Assembly (NCBI GenBank): GCA_012270545.1
Contig: JAAXID010000132.1
Span: 17,236-77,031, forward strand
DNA length: 59,796 nt
Source of the DNA: Anaerolineae bacterium
GTDB taxonomy: Bacteria; Chloroflexota; Anaerolineae; Aggregatilineales; Phototrophicaceae
Direction: 5' to 3'
Part shown: piece after piece, positions 53,082 through 59,796 of the stretch
Position numbering within the stretch: the first letter of the stretch is position 1
Layout of the letters: the number at the start of each line of letters is the position of its first letter
The notes under the pieces: model-generated
Seen by the model: the letters and a program-made list of their open reading frames with translations, nothing else
What the model was told of the DNA's origin: nothing
Database searches by the model: none
Translations under genes and position numbers: made by a program

Positions 53082-54113
53082 TCAGAGCATTTCTTCGGCG
53101 AGGAAGCGCAGGGCGTCGAGCGAAAAGACGCTGGCGTTCAGCGTTGTGATTGGCGAGTCGCGCCAGATTTGCAGGCGGTCGCGAATTCGCGCCTTCGAGC
53201 CGACCAGGGCGACCGCGTCCACCAGCGCATTCGGCACCGCCATGATCGCCTCGCCCTTGCGCCCCTGGAGATACAAATCCTGAATCGTAGCGGCGGCCGC
53301 TTCGAAGCCATAGCGGCAAGCCAGGTCGTAATAGAAGTTCTTGCCTTTGGCGCCCATGCCGCCGATATAGAGCGCAAGCGCGGGCTTGATCTGATTGCGT
53401 GCCGCCTCCAGGTCCTCGTCGATGACCACGCTGACCGATGCGGCGATGTCGAAGTCGCTGAGGCGCTTGTCGTCCGTCGCCTTGGCGAATCCCGCTTCGA
53501 CCGCCGCCCCGTATGTCTCCTGATAATGCGCCGGCGAGAATAGCATCGGCAGCCAACCGTCAGCAATTTCGGCGGTTAGCTCAACATTTTTTGGCCCGAT
53601 CGCCGCCAGGTATATGGGCATATCAGCGCGGCCATGGATGATGCTCTTTAATGGCTTGCCCAAGCCGGTCGCATCGTCCCCGCCGTAAGGAATCTGGTAG
53701 TGCTCGCCCTGGTGCGTCAGCGGCGCTTCACGTTCGAGTATCTGGCGCACGATCGCCACGTATTCGCGCGTTTTCGCCAGCGGTTTGCCATAGGGGCGCC
53801 CATGCCAGCCTTCGACCACTTGCGGTCCGGAGAGACCCAGTCCGAGCAAGACGCGTCCGCCGGAGAGTTGATCCAGCGTCATCGCGGTCATGGCGGTCAT
53901 CGCCGGGCTGCGGGCGGGCATTTGCATGATGCCGCTGCCCAGTTTGATATGCTTGGTCAGGGCGCCGATCCAGGCTAGCGGCGTGATGCAATCCGAACCA
54001 TAGGCTTCCGAAGTCCAGACGGCGTGATAACCGAGACGATCGGCCTCGAGAATGAGATCCATTGGCAGGTCAATTCGCCCGCCCGAATAGCCGACCATCA
54101 ATCCCAAGCGCAC
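53082..54113 (-). CDS. LLM-class (luciferase-like) F420-dependent oxidoreductase
   Basis: 343 aa. [11 protein letters not shown]…[15 protein letters not shown]…[18 protein letters not shown]…[20 protein letters not shown] is typical of the F420-dependent LLM family. Confidence 0.8.
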   Translation of the reverse strand: MRLGLMVGYSGGRIDLPMDLILEADRLGYHAVWTSEAYGSDCITPLAWIGALTKHIKLGSGIMQMPARSPAMTAMTAMTLDQLSGGRVLLGLGLSGPQVVEGWHGRPYGKPLAKTREYVAIVRQILEREAPLTHQGEHYQIPYGGDDATGLGKPLKSIIHGRADMPIYLAAIGPKNVELTAEIADGWLPMLFSPAHYQETYGAAVEAGFAKATDDKRLSDFDIAASVSVVIDEDLEAARNQIKPALALYIGGMGAKGKNFYYDLACRYGFEAAAATIQDLYLQGRKGEAIMAVPNALVDAVALVGSKARIRDRLQIWRDSPITTLNASVFSLDALRFLAEEML

Positions 54114-54189
54114 AGCAAGCCTCCGTTTCCCAAATATTCTGCGTTACCAAAACAGCCTTGCGGCGTATCGGTTATTGGAACAGTGAAGT

Positions 54190-54762
54190 TTATGCCCCGC
54201 TTCGCCGACTTTCCGCCCAAGTCCGCAGCTGTGCTAGGACCCATCTCGCCCCAATTATCATGGTGGCGGCGATAGAATTGAAGGCGACGTCTATGAGCTC
54301 AAAGACGCGGTTGGGCAGCAGCGACTGAATGCCTTCATCGAGCCAGCCCAGAAGTATGGATATGACCAGCGCGAGGAGGGCAGGGACGGGCACCCGGCGG
54401 CCGTTATCTCGTCGTTCCAGGAGCGCTTCATGAATGAGCGCGGCCACCAAGGCGTATTCGAATAAGTGAGTACGCTCCTCCCAAGATCCCAGCCGCAGCC
54501 AGGCCAGCAGATAAACCGTGAGGATGCCCACCCCGACTGCGACCTCCGCGCGGCCGAGGCGCTTGTCTATGAAGAAAACCGGGACGACTACCAGAATCAC
54601 AATAATGGCGAATACGAGATTGTTGCCAACGCTGTTGAGAATGTTTTCGCCTAGCGTGGCGACAATCGCTGGCGCTTGCCCCAGCGTGGCATAAATCGCC
54701 ACAAGAACGATGACCAGCGCGAACCACAGCCGACGCTCTCGTTTCGAACTGAAAAAGGACAT
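54190..54762 (-). CDS. VanZ-like membrane protein
   Basis: 190 aa, 4-5 TM. WLDEGIQSLLPNRVFELIDVAFN resembles the VanZ DExxQ…R…D…N motif. Tentative call. Confidence 0.45.
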   Translation of the reverse strand: MSFFSSKRERRLWFALVIVLVAIYATLGQAPAIVATLGENILNSVGNNLVFAIIVILVVVPVFFIDKRLGRAEVAVGVGILTVYLLAWLRLGSWEERTHLFEYALVAALIHEALLERRDNGRRVPVPALLALVISILLGWLDEGIQSLLPNRVFELIDVAFNSIAATMIIGARWVLAQLRTWAESRRSGA

Positions 54763-54913
54763 GGCCGACCTCGACGCAATCAGTCGATCGCGTTACAGAT
54801 GCCTGTACTCTAATACGGAACCCGAGTCAATTGTAGCCAGTCTAAACAAGGACGCCGACAACGTGACGACTTCAGAATGCGGCTGCAATCGCGCGCCGAT
54901 TGAGGCCGCGGCT

Positions 54914-54942
54914 TTGACTTATCTCTCCGCTAAAGATAATAT
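54914..54942 (+). promoter_or_regulatory. Candidate sigma70-type promoter upstream of the aldolase gene
   Basis: TTGACT (54914-54919), 17-nt spacer, TAATAT (54937-54942). Alternatively GATAAT with a 15-nt spacer. Confidence 0.3.
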
Positions 54943-54983
54943 CCTCTACTGACTGACAGACCGAAACCACAAGAGAAGACAGG

Positions 54984-55793
54984 ATGAATGGAAAAGAACT
55001 GATAAAAGCACTGCGCGCCGGGGAGCGCGTTTACGGCACGGCGATTTATTCGCCTTCGCCGATCTGGCCGCGCGTCGTGCAGAACCTCGATCTCGATATG
55101 GTCTTCATCGATACTGAGCATACGCCGCAAGATCGCAATATGATTTCCTGGATGTGCAACGTCTTCGCCGCGCTTAACCTGGCGCCGGTGGTGCGCATCC
55201 CTGAGCCCGATCCCTATCTGGCGCAGATGACGCTGGATGGCGGCGCGCACGGCATTATCGCGCCCTATATTGAGCACCCGGAGCAAGTCAAGGAACTCGG
55301 CGGCGCCGTCAAATTTGGCCCGCTCAAGGGTGACAAGCTGCGGGCGGCGCTTGATGGCGAGGCGGAGTTGGAGCCGGAACTGGCGGATTACCTGGCGGCG
55401 CGCAATGCCAACAAGGCGCTATTCGTCAATATCGAAAGCGTGCCGGCGCTGGAACGGCTGGATGAGATTCTGCGTTCGCCCTGGATCGATTGCGTGCTGG
55501 TGGGACCGCATGATCTGTCCTGCAGCCTGGGCACCCCAGAACAATACGACCATCCGGTCTTCGATGAAGCGATCCGCGCTATCATCAGCAAATCGCGCGC
55601 GGCCGGCGTCGGCGTCGGCATCCATCACAACTTCACCCACCACGAGATCGAATGGGTGAAAGCGGGCGCCAATCTTGTCATGCACAGTTCCGATATTTCC
55701 GCCTTTAATCGGGCGCTGACCGCCGAATTCAAGCGCATTCGCGCAGAGACGGATGATGTCGGAGAGATCGTTGACGAAAACGTCCACTTTTAG
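54984..55793 (+). CDS. HpcH/HpaI-family 2-keto-3-deoxyacid aldolase
   Basis: 269 aa with FIDTEHTP, VVRIPEPDP…LDGGAHGIIAPY and NIESVPALE, the conserved HpcH/HpaI features. Confidence 0.8.
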   Translation: MNGKELIKALRAGERVYGTAIYSPSPIWPRVVQNLDLDMVFIDTEHTPQDRNMISWMCNVFAALNLAPVVRIPEPDPYLAQMTLDGGAHGIIAPYIEHPEQVKELGGAVKFGPLKGDKLRAALDGEAELEPELADYLAARNANKALFVNIESVPALERLDEILRSPWIDCVLVGPHDLSCSLGTPEQYDHPVFDEAIRAIISKSRAAGVGVGIHHNFTHHEIEWVKAGANLVMHSSDISAFNRALTAEFKRIRAETDDVGEIVDENVHF

Positions 55794-55823
55794 ACGCGTT
55801 TATTCATGAGGGAAGACCGCAAT

Positions 55824-56828
55824 ATGTACAAGATCTGGTTCGAAAAAACGGTGCCGGATGAATACCGGTACATGTTTGAGAATATCGCTGACGGCATCTG
55901 TCCGGGCGATCAAGCGCAGCGCGATCCCTACCACCAATTGGCGGAGGCGCATGGCGTGATAGCGGGCGGGCGGGCTTATGATGCCGCGGCCTTGGATGGG
56001 GCGCCGAACCTGTTGATCATCGCGCGCACCGGGGTCGGCTATGACACGGTGGATGTCCCGGCTGCCACCGCCCGCGATATTGCCGTAGTCAACGCGCCCG
56101 ATGCGCCCACCATCTCGACGGCTGAACAGGCAGTCACGCTGATGATGACAGTGGCGCGCAACATCAAGGGAATATCGAACGAGCTCGACCGAATGCTTGC
56201 GAGCGGCGTCCGCAAAGATATTTGGGGCGCGTATGTGGCCTGGGAGATGCACAACACGCAGCTCGGCATCGTCGGCTTGGGGCGAATTGGCGGACACGTC
56301 AGCGGGATCGCCAATGCCATCGGCATGAAGGTGGTCGCTTATGACCCCTATATCGCGGATGAGCGCTTCGCCATGCTGGGCGTGGAAAAGGCGGATTCGC
56401 TGGAAGACCTATTGGCCAGCTCGGACTTTGTGTCGCTGCATCTGCCACTCAATGACGAGACGTATAAGCTGATGAACGCCGAGCGCTTCGCCCAGATGAA
56501 GCCGGGCGCGGTTTTCATTAATGTCTCGCGCGGGGGCCATGTCGATGAAGCCGCCTTGACGGCTGCGCTCGATAGCGGGCGTCTCTTCGGCGCCGGCCTC
56601 GATGTGACCGATCCGGAACCGCCGCTCTCCGGCAATCCGCTGCTCGGCCGCGATAATGTCGTGATTACGCCACATGTCGCCAGCGCCACCGTGGCGGGTC
56701 GACCGCGCCTTTTCATCCACGCGATGGAGCAGGTAATCCAGGTATTAAAAGGCGAACGTCCGCCACACCTGCTCAATCCCGAAGTGTGGGCGGCGGTGCG
56801 GGTGCGTTGGGAAGCCACCCGCGGTTAA
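55824..56828 (+). CDS. D-isomer-specific 2-hydroxyacid dehydrogenase
   Basis: GIVGLGRIGGHV NAD motif, NVSRGGHVDEAAL and ITPHVASAT. ATG 55824 is preferred (GAGGGA upstream); ATG 55806 is also in frame. Confidence 0.8.
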   Translation: MYKIWFEKTVPDEYRYMFENIADGICPGDQAQRDPYHQLAEAHGVIAGGRAYDAAALDGAPNLLIIARTGVGYDTVDVPAATARDIAVVNAPDAPTISTAEQAVTLMMTVARNIKGISNELDRMLASGVRKDIWGAYVAWEMHNTQLGIVGLGRIGGHVSGIANAIGMKVVAYDPYIADERFAMLGVEKADSLEDLLASSDFVSLHLPLNDETYKLMNAERFAQMKPGAVFINVSRGGHVDEAALTAALDSGRLFGAGLDVTDPEPPLSGNPLLGRDNVVITPHVASATVAGRPRLFIHAMEQVIQVLKGERPPHLLNPEVWAAVRVRWEATRG

Positions 56829-56834
56829 TTGCTG

Positions 56835-57224
56835 ATGCCCCCTTTTGAATCCAATCGCGTCAAAGCGAAATACGACCTGCTGGCGCCGGATGGTTCGGAG
56901 ATCCGCTTGCTGCACAGCCTGCCCGGCGCGAGCGTCGTGCACTGCGCGCTGCCGGTCGGCGCTGTCTCGATCCCGGTGACGCATCGCAGGGTTGAGGAAG
57001 TCTGGTATTTCTTGGCTGGGGAGGGGCAGGTCTGGCGGAAACAGGGCGAGCGCGAGCTTGTGCTGGATGTGCGTGCCGGCATCAGCCTGACGATACCGCT
57101 GGGTACGCAGTTTCAGTTTCGCAATACAGGCGATATCCCGCTGGAATTCATCATCGTGACCACACCGCCTTGGCCCGGCGAGGATGAGGCAGTTGTTCTG
57201 GATGCGGGGCGGTGGGAAGCCTGA
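56835..57224 (+). CDS. Cupin-domain protein
   Basis: 129 aa. …HRRVEEVWYFLAGEGQVW…GISLTIPLGTQFQFRNTG… has the two cupin motifs. Confidence 0.65.
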   Translation: MPPFESNRVKAKYDLLAPDGSEIRLLHSLPGASVVHCALPVGAVSIPVTHRRVEEVWYFLAGEGQVWRKQGERELVLDVRAGISLTIPLGTQFQFRNTGDIPLEFIIVTTPPWPGEDEAVVLDAGRWEA

Positions 57225-57297
57225 GCCCCGCCGGCTAAACGAGAAGCGCAGGTTTTCGTTCCCGCGCTTCCCGTAGCCGAAAGAGCTGTCAGCAGAT

Positions 57298-58059
57298 CTA
57301 GCTTCCGTTGGCCTCGCCGGTCGCCGGCAGCGTGTTGCTGTTAAAGCGCCAGAAGCCGAAGAATCCGCGCGAACGGGGGCGCCATTTGCGCCAGCGGCCC
57401 GAGGTGTCAGTGACGTCCGTTTCCAAAGCGTCAATGACCAATTCTTCGTAGCGCTGAACGCGGGTGGCGGCCGCCTCGTTAATCCCCTCGGTCGCTTGCT
57501 CAACCAAGGTTGATAGGACCGAAGCAACATCGCCTTCATTGCTTTCGATCAATTCCGCAATTGTCGCCCCTTCGAGCAGCGCGGAATTCAATTCTGCCGT
57601 TTCCAGGCCGGTCGCTTCAGTTATGGTATCGCCTATACCCCAAGCGCCAAAGTGTTCACGTATTGGATTTGGACGCCGCCGCCAGGGGATTCTTCGGCGG
57701 TAGGGTTCGTTCATCGTCTCCGCGAAGCCTTCTTCAAGACCCTCTAGTCTTGACGCCGCCTGCGAGTTCATCGCTTCGGTCGCTTGCGCCACCAGAGCCG
57801 CGATTACAATCTCGACATCGCCGTCATTCGCTTCAATCAGCTCGCCAATTGTTGCGCCCTCGAGCAGCGCCGCGCGCAGCACCTCGGTCTCCAATCCAGT
57901 CGCTTCCTGTACGATGGGGTCATAGATCAAAACGTCAGGCCCGCTATGCCAGTAGCCCATAACCGCGAAACCCTTGGGATTGGATGCGTCGTTTGCGCTG
58001 ACACCCGCCGTCAGCAGCGCAAGCAGCATGAAGACTAGGGTGAATCGTTTGAACGTCAT
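57298..58059 (-). CDS. Secreted protein with two internal ~85-aa repeats, unknown function
   Basis: Signal peptide MTFKRFTLVFMLLALLTAGVSA. Repeats are TGLETEVLRAALLEGATIGELIEANDGDVEIV… and TGLETAELNSALLEGATIAELIESNEGDVASV…, each followed by an Arg/Trp-rich tail. Confidence 0.6.
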   Translation of the reverse strand: MTFKRFTLVFMLLALLTAGVSANDASNPKGFAVMGYWHSGPDVLIYDPIVQEATGLETEVLRAALLEGATIGELIEANDGDVEIVIAALVAQATEAMNSQAASRLEGLEEGFAETMNEPYRRRIPWRRRPNPIREHFGAWGIGDTITEATGLETAELNSALLEGATIAELIESNEGDVASVLSTLVEQATEGINEAAATRVQRYEELVIDALETDVTDTSGRWRKWRPRSRGFFGFWRFNSNTLPATGEANGS

Positions 58060-58297
58060 TTTGCAGTTCTCCTTTGCTTGTGATCAGAGAGCGGTAGATT
58101 GCGCCCTCACCTGAGCGACATTGTCGTGGAGAGTTGTTGATAATGTTTTGCTTGTCTGCAAACTGTGTGTAAAATGGCTCTGAATCAAGGGAATGATTAG
58201 GCCCGCTGACATCGTGGGCGCTATAGAAGTGGTAAGTTGTAAGAACTGGAATGCGCAAAGCACTCGGAGCGATCAATTCATCCGGTCTTGAGTACTG

Positions 58298-59683
58298 CTA
58301 AGACCGACCCTCCCCGACTACATCAATGAACTTGATCGTCGCCTGAATCCCGTTGTAGAAGTTCTGCAGGTAGATATTCTCGTTGGGACCATGGGCGCGG
58401 CCGCTCTTCAAGCCATAGCTCATGATCACCACTTCTTTCGCCACCTTCATGCACTCGAATGTGATCGGCACGCTGCCGCCGGCGCGCTCGAATACTGGCT
58501 CGATGCCCCAAGCGTAGGTGTAGGCTTCGGCGGCGGATTTCATTGCCAAGCCGTCAACATCCAGCAGAACGGCCTCGGCGCCCATGCCACCGAACTTGAA
58601 GTCGACATTCACCGTTTTCGGCGCGATGCTCTCTATATGGTCGACGACGCACTGAAGCACTCGCGCCGGATCCTGGCGCGGCACCAGGCGGCAGGTGATC
58701 TTGGCGAAGGCGCGCGCGGGCAGCACCGTTTTCATGCCATCGCCGGTGTATCCGCCGTGGATGCCGTTGATCTCCAGCGTGGGGCGCGCCCCCAGGCGCT
58801 CGGGCAGGCTGTACTCCGCTTCACCCCAAAGCGCCGGCGCGCTCACCACATCGTCCCATTCCGCTTGCAGGTAGGGCTCGACCTGTTCCAGCAGGGCGCG
58901 ATCTTTCGCCGTCACTGCCACCACATCATCGTAAAAGCCGGGCACGGTGACTGCACCGTTTTCATCGTGCAGCTGCGCCAGGATCTCGCTCAGCGCTTGA
59001 ATCGGATTGTGCACCGAGCCGCCCCAATGCCCGCTGTGCAGATCGCTGATCGGCGCCTGAACATGCAGTTCGAGGGCGGTGATGCCGCGCAGCCCATAGG
59101 TCAGGCTTGGCTGATCCGGCGCCAGAATCGCGCCGTCGGAGATCATGGCGATATCGGCCGTCAGCCGGTCCGGCTGCGCCGCGATGAAGGCGTTGATGTT
59201 CTCGGAGCCCGATTCTTCCTCGCCTTCAAGCACAACTTTGATATTGACCTTGGGCTTGGCGTCGCTCGCCAGCCACGATTCCACCGCTTTCAAATTCGAC
59301 ATGACGTGCAGCTTGCTATCGACCGCGCCGCGGCAATAAAGGCGCCCGTCCCTTATCGTCGGTTCAAATGGATCGCTGTCCCAGCCGTCGGCGACTTCGG
59401 CCGGCTGCACATCATAATGGCAGTAAATCAAGACGGTCGGCGCAGCCTCGCCGGCGCCATCCCATTCGCCAAGCACCAGCGGGCAGCGCCCCTCCGGCAG
59501 CAAGATGACTTCGGCGCGATGCATGCCGATTCGGAGCATCATCGCCTTCAGCCACTCGGCGGCGCGCGCTACGTCATCCGCGTGCTGTGGCTGCGTGCTG
59601 ATCGTGCGGATGCGCAGCAGCTCCTGATACTCATCGAGGAATCGTCCCTGATTTGCCTTGGCGTATTGGTATGGGTTGCTCAT
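58298..59683 (-). CDS. M20-family metallopeptidase (dipeptidase/ArgE-DapE-like)
   Basis: 461 aa with HYDVQP, VVLEGEEESGS and DLHSGHWGG, plus a dimerisation-domain insert. Typical M20 layout. Confidence 0.85.
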   Translation of the reverse strand: MSNPYQYAKANQGRFLDEYQELLRIRTISTQPQHADDVARAAEWLKAMMLRIGMHRAEVILLPEGRCPLVLGEWDGAGEAAPTVLIYCHYDVQPAEVADGWDSDPFEPTIRDGRLYCRGAVDSKLHVMSNLKAVESWLASDAKPKVNIKVVLEGEEESGSENINAFIAAQPDRLTADIAMISDGAILAPDQPSLTYGLRGITALELHVQAPISDLHSGHWGGSVHNPIQALSEILAQLHDENGAVTVPGFYDDVVAVTAKDRALLEQVEPYLQAEWDDVVSAPALWGEAEYSLPERLGARPTLEINGIHGGYTGDGMKTVLPARAFAKITCRLVPRQDPARVLQCVVDHIESIAPKTVNVDFKFGGMGAEAVLLDVDGLAMKSAAEAYTYAWGIEPVFERAGGSVPITFECMKVAKEVVIMSYGLKSGRAHGPNENIYLQNFYNGIQATIKFIDVVGEGRS

Positions 59684-59796
59684 ATCCTGCCCCGTGTATG
59701 GTCTCTACTGGTAGCCAATCGCGTGCATGATACACGATGCGCCTGCGGATTCGTATCCAATAGTTGACCGACCTAGTATTATTCACGATTATGTCC

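Overview
This is a GC-rich bacterial window (judged by eye, not computed). The gene content and intergenic repeat families resemble Chloroflexota-like genomes, but that is a low-confidence inference. Most of the window is accessory carbohydrate and organic-acid metabolism. It holds one CUT2-type and two CUT1-type ABC sugar-uptake loci, five SDR oxidoreductases, two D-2-hydroxyacid dehydrogenases and two FAH-family enzymes. It also holds a TPP-dependent E1alpha/E1beta/E2 dehydrogenase set, a sulfotransferase/flippase-like/acetoacetate-decarboxylase-like cluster, a sulfatase-like enzyme and an F420-type LLM oxidoreductase. Isolated housekeeping genes are rpmB, ppk2 and recJ. I recognised no rRNA, tRNA, CRISPR array, integrase or transposase. 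Three visibly AT-richer islands interrupt the background. One (about 10.44-11.1 kb) carries a small secreted protein and has destroyed a solute-binding-protein gene. One (about 19.3-20.4 kb) carries an orphan HNH endonuclease. One (about 29.97-35.25 kb) is a plasmid-type replication/partition module with a PrimPol-domain protein, two parS-like palindromes, ParB, ParA and a small wHTH protein. Transcribed divergently from that module is the most interesting locus, at about 35.25-40.4 kb. It has three translationally coupled genes: a degenerate UvrD-like ATPase, a complete but nuclease-less UvrD helicase, and a stand-alone Fe-S PD-(D/E)XK nuclease. Together they look like an AddAB machine split into three parts with a single nuclease. 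An enolase-superfamily gene and recJ follow in the same tight gene string. The first gene of this locus has its P-loop upstream of any canonical start codon. Other oddities are a near-perfect internal duplication giving a double sugar-binding protein, several dispersed hairpin/MITE-like repeat families, and a sulfatase-family protein with Thr at the formylglycine position.
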